The notes below the pieces were generated by a model, which worked only from the letters and a program-made list of their open reading frames with translations, was not told the origin of the DNA and did no database searches. A DNA stretch of 64,000 nt from Planctomycetota bacterium. Its GTDB lineage: Bacteria; Planctomycetota; GCA-002687715; CAIWVZ01. The position numbers were made by a program, and so were the translations under genes. Shown piece by piece: positions 26,926 to 36,145 of the stretch. Each line of letters starts with the position of its first letter. Within the stretch, counting starts at the first letter, position 1. The stretch covers positions 192,001 through 256,000 of the forward strand of contig JBGANV010000001.1 of the NCBI GenBank assembly GCA_044222185.1, in the 5' to 3' direction.

Positions 26926-28389
26926 ATGTTCGACTCCCTCTCCAAAGGCTTCCAGAGCTTCCTCCAGAAGTTCTCGGGTACGACCAAGATCACCGAAGAG
27001 AACGTCAAGGACGCTCTCCGGGAGGTCCGCGTCGCGCTGCTGGAAGCCGACGTAAACCTGGCGGTCGCCCGCGAATTCATCGAGAAAGTCCGCACCAAGG
27101 CGCTGGGCGCGGACGTGCTCACCGGGGTCAACCCGGGTCAGATGATCATCAAGATCATCCACGACGAGCTGACGGCGCTCATGGGGCCGGAGGCGGCCCA
27201 GATCCAGTTCGCGACGCCGGGGCCGACGGTCATTCTCATGGCCGGTCTCCAGGGGTCGGGCAAGACGACGACCTGCGGCAAGCTCGCCCACTTCCTCAAG
27301 AACAAGTCGAAGAAGTCCGTGATGCTGGTCGCAGCGGACCTCCAGCGTCCGGCGGCCGTCGAACAGCTCAAGGTTCTGGGGCAGGACCTGGGCGTTCCGG
27401 TGTTCGCCGAGACCGGCTTCAAGCCGCCCATCGTCTGCGAGCATGCGCTCGCGCAGGCACGTGCGAACCGCGTCGACGTCCTGATCCTGGACACGGCCGG
27501 GCGCCTCCACATCGACGACGCGTTGATGGACGAGGTCGCGGACGTCGCCCGCCGCACGGCACCGCACGAGATCTTCCTCGTGTGCGACGCCATGACCGGC
27601 CAGGACGCGGTGAATTCGGCCAAGGCGTTCAACGACCGGCTGCCGCTCACGGGAGTCATCCTCACGAAGCTCGACGGCGACGCGCGCGGTGGTGCCGCGC
27701 TTTCGGTCAAGACCGTCACGGGAAAGCCCATCAAGTTCGTCGGTCTGGGGGAGAAGCTCGACAAGCTCGATGCGTTCTACCCCAACCGGATGGCCGAGCG
27801 GATCCTCGGCATGGGCGACGTCGTCTCGCTGGTGGAGAAGGCCCAGGAGGCCATCACCCAGGAGGAGGCGAAGGCGCAGGCGGAGAAGATCTTCCTCGGG
27901 TCGTTCGATCTGGCGGACTTCCTCAGCCTCCTTCAACGCTTGAAGAAGATGGGCCCCCTGAAGGACGTCCTGGGAATGCTCCCGGGAATCGGCGCCCAGC
28001 TTCAGAACATGCCGATCGACGAGAAGGAATTCCCGCGATCGGAAGCGATCATCCTCTCCATGACCCCTCTCGAGCGGCACCACCCGGAGGTGCTCAACAC
28101 GAGCCGCCGCGAGCGAATCGCCAAGGGCGCCGGCGTCAGCCTCGAGCAAGTCAACGAAGTCATGCGCGGCTTCAAGGAACTCAAGAAGCAGTTCGCCGAG
28201 CTCAAGAAGATGGGTATCCTCGGCAGCCTGTTCGACCCGACGCGCAAGCTTCGCAAGGAAAAAGAGAAGGAACTCGTCCGCATGCAGCGCGCCGGGGTGA
28301 ACCTGTTCGACATGGATCAGGTTCGAGCGTACCGGCAATATTCGGAGCGCCAGGCGCGTGCCGAGGCGCGAAAAAAGAAACGAAAATAG
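26926..28389 (+). CDS. ffh: Signal recognition particle protein Ffh
   Basis: MFDSL, ALLEADV, GLQGSGKTT, RPAA, DTAGR, TKLDGDARGG, RILGMGD, M domain SMT..ER. Confidence 0.97.
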   Translation: MFDSLSKGFQSFLQKFSGTTKITEENVKDALREVRVALLEADVNLAVAREFIEKVRTKALGADVLTGVNPGQMIIKIIHDELTALMGPEAAQIQFATPGPTVILMAGLQGSGKTTTCGKLAHFLKNKSKKSVMLVAADLQRPAAVEQLKVLGQDLGVPVFAETGFKPPIVCEHALAQARANRVDVLILDTAGRLHIDDALMDEVADVARRTAPHEIFLVCDAMTGQDAVNSAKAFNDRLPLTGVILTKLDGDARGGAALSVKTVTGKPIKFVGLGEKLDKLDAFYPNRMAERILGMGDVVSLVEKAQEAITQEEAKAQAEKIFLGSFDLADFLSLLQRLKKMGPLKDVLGMLPGIGAQLQNMPIDEKEFPRSEAIILSMTPLERHHPEVLNTSRRERIAKGAGVSLEQVNEVMRGFKELKKQFAELKKMGILGSLFDPTRKLRKEKEKELVRMQRAGVNLFDMDQVRAYRQYSERQARAEARKKKRK

Positions 28390-28398
28390 GAAGACCTC

Positions 28399-28842
28399 AT
28401 GGCAGTCCGCATTCGTCTGACCCGCACGGGTCGCTTGAACCGTCCGTTCTATCGCATCGGTGTGTACGACTCGCGCACGCGCCGCGATGGTCGGATCATC
28501 GAGCAGCTGGGCTACTACGACCCCATGCTCTCGACCGGCACCGAGTGGAAGCTCGACGTCGATCGCCTCCAGTACTGGATCGGCAAGGGCGCCAAGCCGT
28601 CCGAGATCATCACGGCGTACCTGCAAGGCGAGAAGGTCCGCTTCTACGACCGCAAGAAGATCGAGAAGCGGAACGACACGCACAGCGTCCAGCGCAAGGC
28701 GGCACGCCGGCGCACGGGCCGCACGGTGGAGGCCACGGCGAAGCCGCTGATGCCCAAGAAGCCGGGCGGGTCCGCGAAGCCGCCCGCGAAGAAGAAGGCG
28801 GCCAAGCCCGCCGCGCCGAAGAAGGAAGAGCCGAAGGCCTGA
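28399..28842 (+). CDS. rpsP: 30S ribosomal protein S16 with Lys/Ala/Pro-rich C-terminal extension
   Basis: MAVRIRL.R.G...RPFYRI...DSR..RDG..IE.LGYYDP..WIGKGA.PS; follows ffh. Confidence 0.95.
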   Translation: MAVRIRLTRTGRLNRPFYRIGVYDSRTRRDGRIIEQLGYYDPMLSTGTEWKLDVDRLQYWIGKGAKPSEIITAYLQGEKVRFYDRKKIEKRNDTHSVQRKAARRRTGRTVEATAKPLMPKKPGGSAKPPAKKKAAKPAAPKKEEPKA

Positions 28843-28857
28843 TCGCAATAGCCACTC

Positions 28858-29700
28858 GTGGACGCCAAGGCCTTCATCGCTGAAATCATCGCCGTACTCG
28901 AACCGAGGATCGGCGGTCCGCGTGAACTCGACGAGCCGCGTCCACTGGAGCAGCTGATCCTGCTGCTCCTCGCCCGGGGCTCGAACACCAAGAAGGCCCG
29001 CCAGGTCCTCAAGCGCCTGCAGACCGACTACGTCGACTGGAACGACGTCCGGGTGACGCCGATCCGCGAGATCGCGGCGAAGGTCAACTCGGTCGGGGAC
29101 AAGCACGCACTCCAGAAGGCGGAACAGATCGTCGACCTCCTGTCGATGATCTACCTGAAGTTCAACCGATTGAACCTGGACTTCCTCGCCGATCCGCATG
29201 GTGGGGACGACGCTGCGAAGAAGAAGAACAGGCTCTTCCAGTACCTCTCCGAGCGGTCGTTCGCCTACCCGGCGATGCTCACGCTTCACCGCGCGCCGAA
29301 GCCCGACGTCATCGTCGACGGCGGCCTCCCGCGGATCCTCGCACGGCTCGGACTCGTCGAGCCCAAGTCGGCGTCCACGGCGATCCGACAGCGGTTCCTC
29401 GAGTTCACGCCCGAGGCCGACGTGATCGTCGCGCAGTTCCTCCTGTACGTCCTGTCCGAGGAGTCGTGTCACGCGAAGGCTCCGGCCTGCGACGGGTGCG
29501 CGTTGAACGAGATGTGCCCGACGGGAAAACAGGAGGTCGAGCGGTCGCGCGACCGCGCCGAGGCGGCCGCCGCAGCTGAGGCCAAGGCTGCGAAGAAGCA
29601 GGCCATCGCCGACAAGAAGAAGGCCGCGGCCGCGAAGGCACAGGCGAAGTCGAAAGCCGCCAGGCCTGCTCCCAAGGTCAAGCCAAAAGCCCGCAAGTGA
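28858..29700 (+). CDS. Endonuclease III / HhH-GPD-like [4Fe-4S] protein, degenerate, with basic tail
   Basis: PLEQLILLLL, DWNDVR, IVD...RI..RLG, C-x6-C-x2-C-x5-C (CHAKAPACDGCALNEMC); no LPGVGxK HhH motif. Confidence 0.75.
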   Translation: MDAKAFIAEIIAVLEPRIGGPRELDEPRPLEQLILLLLARGSNTKKARQVLKRLQTDYVDWNDVRVTPIREIAAKVNSVGDKHALQKAEQIVDLLSMIYLKFNRLNLDFLADPHGGDDAAKKKNRLFQYLSERSFAYPAMLTLHRAPKPDVIVDGGLPRILARLGLVEPKSASTAIRQRFLEFTPEADVIVAQFLLYVLSEESCHAKAPACDGCALNEMCPTGKQEVERSRDRAEAAAAAEAKAAKKQAIADKKKAAAAKAQAKSKAARPAPKVKPKARK

Positions 29701-29810
29701 ACCGTTCCGTGCGCGACGACGTCGGCGCGCTCTCGTTCAGGTGGGTCATGCCGATCGACTCGGCCATGCGCGCGCGGGCAGGAATCGCAAACTCCTCTAA
29801 GATGGGTGAG

Positions 29811-30440
29811 ATGAACCAGCTCACGGCTCCTGGGCGCGCGAGCGATCAACGCCTCGTTCTCGCTTCCACGTCGCCCCGGCGACGCCAGCTATTGGGCGAG
29901 CGTGGGTTCACGTTCGAGGTCTTCGATCCTGCGGTGGACGAGGAGTCGGTCGTGATCCCGGATCCCGCCGAGCTGGCGGCCCACCTTGCGCGGGAGAAGG
30001 CCCGCGCCGTCGCGGCGTCCTGCGGACCGGCCTTCGTCGTCGGCGCAGACACGGTCGTCGCGGTGGACGACGAAAGCCTCGGCAAGGCCGAGGACGACGA
30101 GCACGCGCGCGAGATCCTCCGCAGACTCTCCGGCCGCACGCACCTCGTGGTCACCGGGCACTGCGTGGTGCGGACAGCCGACGGCGCCGAGATTGGCGGG
30201 GTCACGCGGACGCTCGTTTCCATGAGAGAACTGCCGGACTCGGAGATCGACGAGTACGTCGCCAGCGAGGAGTGGCTCGGAAAGGCCGGCGCCTATGGCA
30301 TCCAGGGGGCGGCACGTCGATTCATCTCCGGGTTGGACGGGCCCTTCGACAACGTGGTGGGCCTCCACGTGGATGCGATCGTCCGCGCGTTGCAGGACCT
30401 GGGATTCGAGGCGGCTCGAACGAGCGGAAGGCCGCGATGA
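29811..30440 (+). CDS. maf: Maf/YhdE nucleoside triphosphate pyrophosphatase
   Basis: LASTSPRRRQLL, GADTVV, LGK, LSGRTH, GKAGAYGIQG, NVVGL; start uncertain (29802/29811). Confidence 0.9.
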   Translation: MNQLTAPGRASDQRLVLASTSPRRRQLLGERGFTFEVFDPAVDEESVVIPDPAELAAHLAREKARAVAASCGPAFVVGADTVVAVDDESLGKAEDDEHAREILRRLSGRTHLVVTGHCVVRTADGAEIGGVTRTLVSMRELPDSEIDEYVASEEWLGKAGAYGIQGAARRFISGLDGPFDNVVGLHVDAIVRALQDLGFEAARTSGRPR

Positions 30441-31099
30441 CCGCCGATGATCGGTTCGTGCTTCTCCTCGCAGGCCTCTTGGCGATCGCCGTGTGCGTGA
30501 CCGGCGCCCAGTTGCGGGAGCGCGGTGAGCCGGGGCTTGCCGATCGGCCGCGGATCGGACGCTCGATCGACGAGGTCACCGCCGGTCCCGATCCGGAGTT
30601 CCCGCGCCTGCAAGGATCGAGCGCGCGCCGCGCCGCCGAGTCGCGCCGCGAGGCGATGTCCCGCGTCGAAGCATTCATCGGCACTGGCAACTGGCCCATC
30701 TTCGCCAAGGCGATCGTCTTCCATCCCATCGTGGGCGACGAGCTCCCGCAATCGGATCTGGAGGAGGGGCCGCCGTTCCACGTGGTGATCTTTCCGGACG
30801 GTCGGTCGGAGTGGACGCCGCGCGGCCGTCGGAGCGCGCTCGCGTCACCCCCGGGAATACCGACCGCGGAGGCGGCGCGTGCCCTTCACGTGGTGATCCT
30901 CTCTGCGTCCTCGCCAAGCCGTGCGCGCGATGCGACCGTGCGGGCCTGGTGGTTCGTCGCGGCCGCCCGCGCCAAGAGCTCCCGCAACGCCGCTCTGTTC
31001 GCCGATGAGGTGCCCGGCTCGACTGCCGCCGTTCCGACGACTTTCGATCGGGCGAACTGCGTTCCGACTGCCGCCGAACTGGAGGAGATCCTCAAGTGA
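30437..31099 (+). CDS. Membrane-anchored hypothetical protein, possibly degenerate Amidase_2/PGRP-like fold
   Basis: ATGA/GTGA overlaps on both sides; N-terminal hydrophobic helix; AIVFH...FHVVIFPDG..R pattern. Confidence 0.6.
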   Translation: MTADDRFVLLLAGLLAIAVCVTGAQLRERGEPGLADRPRIGRSIDEVTAGPDPEFPRLQGSSARRAAESRREAMSRVEAFIGTGNWPIFAKAIVFHPIVGDELPQSDLEEGPPFHVVIFPDGRSEWTPRGRRSALASPPGIPTAEAARALHVVILSASSPSRARDATVRAWWFVAAARAKSSRNAALFADEVPGSTAAVPTTFDRANCVPTAAELEEILK

Positions 31100-31722
31100 A
31101 ACGGATGATGGTCTGGTTGTCGCTGGCACTTCTCGCGTGCTCGCACGCCGAGCCGGCGGACACGCACGGCGCCGGTACGGCCACCGCCGCGCCGTCGAAC
31201 TCGCCGGCGAAGGTCGACGAGCCGCGCGTGAGCGAGCTTCCGGCCGACCGTCGCGCAGGCACGACGCCACCGTCCACGGCGCCCGAAACGAAACCGGTGC
31301 CCCGTCCCGTCTCGAACGTCGTCGACATCGGGTTCGGGGACGTGACCGTACACTCGGGTCTTGCGCTGCGCTCGGCGGATCGCTCGCGCGGGCTCGGAGG
31401 TCGGACGAGCCTCGCGCCGAACGAGGGCCTGCTCTTCGTGTATCGCAACGCGGACACACACGAGTACTGGATGAAGGACTGCCTCATGGCGATCGACATC
31501 CTGTTCGTCGCCGACGACGGGAGCGTCATCGCCATGCGCACGATGGATCCGCCGAAGCCCGGCGCGAAGGACGACGAGTTGGAACGCTTCTCGAGCGGGA
31601 AGCCCTGCAGGCTCGTCCTCGAGGTGGCACCCGGATTCTCGGCCAAACATGGAATCAAGGTCGGGAGCCGACTGCTCCTCCCGTCCGACATGGCCGCGCT
31701 GTACGGAGCCGCGGACCCGTGA
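31096..31722 (+). CDS. DUF192 family lipoprotein
   Basis: Lipobox LLAC; RGL..R..L..EGLLFVY, YWMKD...IDILFV..DG, VLEV..G...GIKVG. Confidence 0.85.
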   Translation: MKRMMVWLSLALLACSHAEPADTHGAGTATAAPSNSPAKVDEPRVSELPADRRAGTTPPSTAPETKPVPRPVSNVVDIGFGDVTVHSGLALRSADRSRGLGGRTSLAPNEGLLFVYRNADTHEYWMKDCLMAIDILFVADDGSVIAMRTMDPPKPGAKDDELERFSSGKPCRLVLEVAPGFSAKHGIKVGSRLLLPSDMAALYGAADP

Positions 31723-33035
31723 GCGAGCTGCGGGCGTGGATCCTCCTCGGCGTGACCACACTCCTCCTCGTCGTGTCGGTCGCGTTCTTCATCCACGTGG
31801 TGTCGTCCCGCATGGACGGCCGGCGTGCGGAGGCGGTGCCGGGCGACGCTCTCTACCGTGAGGTGATGAGTCGGATCGATCACGACTACGTGACCGAAGT
31901 GGATCACGAGAAGCTCGTGTACGCCGCGGTGAAGAGCCTGGTAGGCGAGCTGGACCCGCACTCCCGGCTCTACGTGCCGGGCGAGTGGGAGGACTTCCAG
32001 CAGGAGACGCGCGGCGAGATGCTCGGCATCGGCGTCGACATGAGCGCCATCGGCGAAGCGCTCGTGATCGGCTACGTCGTACCCGGGAGCCCCGCGGCCG
32101 AGGTCGGTTTGCGGGCCGGGGAGCGCCTGGTGACGATCGCCGGCAAGCCCGTCGACGCCGCGAAGCGCTTCGACGAAGCCGCGCGCGATCTGCGTGGTCC
32201 CGCAGGTACGCGAGTCGCCGTCACGGTGGCGGCTCGCAACGGAGGCTCACCGCGCGACGTCACGATCCGCCGCGACACGTTCGACACGCCCACCGTCCAC
32301 GCGCGAATGCTGCCCGGAGAGGACGGCGTCGCCCACGTCCGGATCACGGCCTTCCGGACCAACACGGCGCAGGCGTTCAATCGGTCGATCGCCGACCTGC
32401 GGCGACGCGGTCTGAAACGGTTGGTTCTGGACCTTCGCTTCAACCGGGGCGGGACGTTCGACTCCGCGGTCGAGATTGCCGACGAGTGGATCACGGACGG
32501 CGTCATCGTCCGGACGCGGGGCCGCGCGCGATACTCCGAGAACCGCGCCACTCCCGCGGCGCCGCTCCACGAACTGCCCACCGTGGTCCTCGTCAACAAT
32601 CAGACGGCCTCGGCGGCCGAGATCCTCACCGGCGCGCTCCAGGACATGCACGTCGCGGCGATCGCCGGCGAGCGGACCTACGGGAAGGGTGTCGTGCAGG
32701 AAGTGCAGGCGTTCCAGTCGTGGGCTGGCGGCATGAAGATCACGACGGCTCATTACTACACTCCGGCAGAGCGGTGCATCGAGCGGCAGGTCGCGCCGCG
32801 GCCCGACCGCCAGGAAACCTACGGCATACTCCCGGATGTGGTCGTTCGCGTGGACGACGCGGCTCGTGAACGCATCACGCGCGCCATCGAGGTCCTTCAT
32901 TACGATCCGGAGGTTCGGCGTGAGGTCCTGGCGCGTGCGTCCCTCACAGGCGAGCCGTCGGAAGACCCGCAGCTGTCGGCGGGTCTCCACCTCCTCCACG
33001 GCGAGGTCGTCGATACATCGGTCGCGAAGCGGTGA
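31719..33035 (+). CDS. S41 family C-terminal processing peptidase (PDZ)
   Basis: GTG start overlapping upstream stop; LDPHS, GIG, PGSPA, LDLRFNRGG, TASAAEI (Ser), TYGKG (Lys), GILPD. Confidence 0.92.
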   Translation: MSELRAWILLGVTTLLLVVSVAFFIHVVSSRMDGRRAEAVPGDALYREVMSRIDHDYVTEVDHEKLVYAAVKSLVGELDPHSRLYVPGEWEDFQQETRGEMLGIGVDMSAIGEALVIGYVVPGSPAAEVGLRAGERLVTIAGKPVDAAKRFDEAARDLRGPAGTRVAVTVAARNGGSPRDVTIRRDTFDTPTVHARMLPGEDGVAHVRITAFRTNTAQAFNRSIADLRRRGLKRLVLDLRFNRGGTFDSAVEIADEWITDGVIVRTRGRARYSENRATPAAPLHELPTVVLVNNQTASAAEILTGALQDMHVAAIAGERTYGKGVVQEVQAFQSWAGGMKITTAHYYTPAERCIERQVAPRPDRQETYGILPDVVVRVDDAARERITRAIEVLHYDPEVRREVLARASLTGEPSEDPQLSAGLHLLHGEVVDTSVAKR

Positions 33036-34105
33036 ACATGCTCACACTCGGAATCGAGACATCCTGCGACGAGACGGCGGCGTCCGTCGTGCTGGACGGC
33101 CGGCGGGTTCTCTCGTCGGTCGTGTCGAGCCAGGTCGCGCGCCACAAGCGCTGGGGCGGAGTCGTGCCCGAGATCGCCGCGCGCGAACACACCCTGGGAA
33201 TTCTCCCGGTGCTCGACGCCGCGATAGGCGACGCGGGCGTGACGCTCGCGCAGATCGGCCTCATCGCCGTCACGTGCGAGCCGGGTCTCGTGGGCTCGTT
33301 GCTGCTCGGCGTCGCCGCCGCAGAGGGGTTGGCGCAGTCGTCGGGAATCCCCATCGTCGGGGTCAATCACGTCGAGGCACACCTGTGCGCGCCGTTCCTC
33401 ATCGAGGGCGAGGCCATCGACTACCCGCTGATCTCCCTCGTCGTCAGCGGCGGCCACACGCACATCTTCCGCTCGAGGAACGCCTGTGAACACGAGCTTC
33501 TGGGCGCCACGTTGGACGACGCCGCGGGAGAGGCGTTCGACAAGGTGGCCGCGGCCTTGGGGCTCGGATACCCCGGCGGCCCCGCCGTGGAGAAGGTCGC
33601 TCGCGACGGCGATCCGCGGGCGTTTCCATTCAAGCGGCCCCTGCTCGATCCGGATGCGCTCGACGTCTCGTTCTCGGGCCTGAAGACCGCCGTCAAGTAT
33701 CGCTGCTTCGGGCAGAACGCCGACGGGCGCGCCAGGACCGAGCTCCTTCCTGGAGTGACCGTCGCCGACGTGGCCGCGTCGTTCCAGGCTGCCGTCGTCG
33801 ACACGTTGGTGGCGAAGGTGTCGCGGGCGGTCCAGATGACCGGGATCCGCCGCGTCGCCGTCGGCGGGGGAGTGGCGTGCAACGGACCGTTGCGGCTCGC
33901 GCTGACCGAACGCGGCCGCAAGGAGGGGTTCGCGGTCCACCTGACGCCGCCGTCTCTTTGCACGGACAACGCCGCGATGGTCGCTGCCCAGGGGTTCTTC
34001 ACGTTTCATCAACGGGGAGCTGACACGCTTCCCCTGCGCGTCCGTGTTCGGGGCGAGTGGGTGCGGTCGGATCCGGCACGTTGCACCCGGCCTGCGAGCG
34101 GTTAG
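33032..34105 (+). CDS. tsaD: tRNA t6A threonylcarbamoyltransferase TsaD
   Basis: LGIETSCDET, GGVVPEIA, NHVEAH, VSGGHT, DDAAGEAFDK, FSGLKTA, CTDNAAM. Confidence 0.95.
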   Translation: MNMLTLGIETSCDETAASVVLDGRRVLSSVVSSQVARHKRWGGVVPEIAAREHTLGILPVLDAAIGDAGVTLAQIGLIAVTCEPGLVGSLLLGVAAAEGLAQSSGIPIVGVNHVEAHLCAPFLIEGEAIDYPLISLVVSGGHTHIFRSRNACEHELLGATLDDAAGEAFDKVAAALGLGYPGGPAVEKVARDGDPRAFPFKRPLLDPDALDVSFSGLKTAVKYRCFGQNADGRARTELLPGVTVADVAASFQAAVVDTLVAKVSRAVQMTGIRRVAVGGGVACNGPLRLALTERGRKEGFAVHLTPPSLCTDNAAMVAAQGFFTFHQRGADTLPLRVRVRGEWVRSDPARCTRPASG

Positions 34106-34220
34106 AACGGGCGCCCGGGGAACCCCCCGGGGAGCGCGGCGCCTGCCGTGTTCTGTCGCCCCGGGTCAGCGGCGCCACCGTGCGCGCGCACCCTCCCGGC
34201 CGAAGCCATCGCCGGGTCCC

Positions 34221-35000
34221 ATGGAGCGCGCCCGGATGCGTGACGATGCGTCGCTGCTCGATGTCCTTGCCGACGTTGCAAGTGGCCGGCTCACACCCGG
34301 TCAGGCTGCGCATCGACTTCAGCCCGAATCGCCGCTCGGCTTCGCCCGTGTCGACCTGGACCGGGAGCGCCGCTGTGGGTTTCCCGAGGTGATCTTCGGA
34401 CCCGGCAAGACGGTCGGGCAGATCGCGGCAATCGCCGCGCGCATTTTCGAGCACTCAGGACGGGTGCTCGCAACGCGCGTGACTCGGGACCAGGCACTGG
34501 CGATCCAGTCTGAGATCCCCTCGGCGGAGCACCACGAGACGGCCGCGGTCGTCCACGCCGATCGGGCCCCGCGCAAACCCGTCGGCCGGGTGGTGGTCGT
34601 CTCCGCGGGGACTGCCGATCTACCGGTGGCTGAGGAGGCTGCGGTGACGGCGACCGCCCTCGGCGCGGCCGTCGAGCGCGTCCATGACGTGGGAGTGGCC
34701 GGCATCCACCGGTTGCTCTCGCAACTGGAACTCCTGCGCACGGCGCGCGTGGTGGTCGTCGCGGCGGGCATGGAGGGGGCACTCGCCAGCGTGGTCGGCG
34801 GCCTCGTCGCCTGCCCGGTGATCGCCGTCCCGACGAGCGTCGGATACGGGGCGTCGTTGCGAGGGCTCGCGGCGTTGCTCACCATGCTGAACAGTTGCGC
34901 GCCCAACGTCTCGGTCGTCAACATCGACAACGGATTTGGTGCGGGCTACTCTGCGGCGCTCGTCAATCGAACGACCCAGACTTCGGAGGAGAACGGATGA
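34221..35000 (+). CDS. larB: Nickel-pincer cofactor biosynthesis protein LarB (PurE-like)
   Basis: D..R..RCGFPEVIF..GKT, AGTAD, DVGVAGIHR, AGMEGAL.SVV, VPTSVGYG, MLNSC, VVNIDNGFGA; start 34221 or 34236. Confidence 0.92.
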   Translation: MERARMRDDASLLDVLADVASGRLTPGQAAHRLQPESPLGFARVDLDRERRCGFPEVIFGPGKTVGQIAAIAARIFEHSGRVLATRVTRDQALAIQSEIPSAEHHETAAVVHADRAPRKPVGRVVVVSAGTADLPVAEEAAVTATALGAAVERVHDVGVAGIHRLLSQLELLRTARVVVVAAGMEGALASVVGGLVACPVIAVPTSVGYGASLRGLAALLTMLNSCAPNVSVVNIDNGFGAGYSAALVNRTTQTSEENG

Positions 35001-36145
35001 CGGCGCGATTCGACGCGCGATTGGTGCTCGAGGACGGAACGATCTTCTCGGGACGTGCGTTCGGCGCACGCGGTGAGGCCAGCGGCGAGATCGTGTTCAA
35101 CACGAGTCTCACGGGCTACCAGGAGGTTCTCACCGATCCGTCGTACCGCGGCCAGATCGTCGTGATGACCTCCCCGCTCATCGGAAACACGGGGATCACG
35201 CTGGAGGACGACGAGTCCGAGCGCCCGTGGCTCTCGGGGTTCGTGGTCCGCGAGTTGTCGGCGATCGCGAGCAACTATCGATCGAGGGAGTCGCTCTCGG
35301 ACTGGCTCGCGCGCAACCACATCCTCGGGATCGAAGGGCTCGACACGCGCCGGCTCACGCGGAAGATCCGCGACCAGGGCGCGATGACGGCGCTGATCTC
35401 GACCGAGGTGACCGACCCGGACGAGCTGATCCGTCGCGTGAAGGCTGCGCCACCGCTCGTGGGGCGCGACCTCGTCAAGGAGGTGACCCGCGGCAAGCGG
35501 TTCACCTGGAGCGAGGCCTACGACCGCGAGATGCAGCCCGCCCTCGCACCGGCGGGAGCGACCGGCCGCCGCCCCAAGGTCGTCGCGATCGATTACGGCG
35601 CGAAGGAGAACATCTTCCGTTCGCTCGTGGACGTGGGATTCGACGTCGTGGTCCTTCCCAGTACGGCGAGTTGCAAGGACGTGCTCGCGGAGAGTCCCGA
35701 CGGGGTGTTCCTCTCCAACGGACCTGGCGACCCGAGCGTCCTCGCGAACGAGGTCCAGACGATCCGCGACCTCCTGGGGAAGAAGCCGATCTTCGGCATC
35801 TGCCTCGGGCATCAGCTCCTTGGCCAGGCGATCGGAGCGAAGACGTTCAAACTCAAGTTCGGGCACCACGGCTCGAACCAGCCCGTGAAGAACCTGCGGA
35901 CGGGCCAGGTGGAAATCACGGCACAGAACCACGGATTCGCCGTGGACCCCGCGTCGGTTCCCCAGCCGCGAGCCAAGGTGACACACATCAATCTGAACGA
36001 CGGCACGTGCGAAGGCCTGGAGTTGCCCGGGGAGTCGGCGTTCAGCGTCCAATATCACCCGGAAGCGGCGCCCGGTCCTCACGATTCGCTGTACCTGTTC
36101 CGCCAGTTCAAGGCTCTCGTCGACGCCAGCCAGGGAGCGGCCTGA
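34997..36145 (+). CDS. carA: Carbamoyl-phosphate synthase small subunit
   Basis: LEDG, GEIVFNT, GYQEVLTDPSY, SNGPGDP, GICLGHQ, QNHGF, QYHPEA. Confidence 0.97.
   Translation: MTARFDARLVLEDGTIFSGRAFGARGEASGEIVFNTSLTGYQEVLTDPSYRGQIVVMTSPLIGNTGITLEDDESERPWLSGFVVRELSAIASNYRSRESLSDWLARNHILGIEGLDTRRLTRKIRDQGAMTALISTEVTDPDELIRRVKAAPPLVGRDLVKEVTRGKRFTWSEAYDREMQPALAPAGATGRRPKVVAIDYGAKENIFRSLVDVGFDVVVLPSTASCKDVLAESPDGVFLSNGPGDPSVLANEVQTIRDLLGKKPIFGICLGHQLLGQAIGAKTFKLKFGHHGSNQPVKNLRTGQVEITAQNHGFAVDPASVPQPRAKVTHINLNDGTCEGLELPGESAFSVQYHPEAAPGPHDSLYLFRQFKALVDASQGAA

Noticed and set aside
34103-34155. GC-rich hairpin between tsaD and larB
   Set aside because: No U-tract and no second copy seen; could be a stability element or chance.
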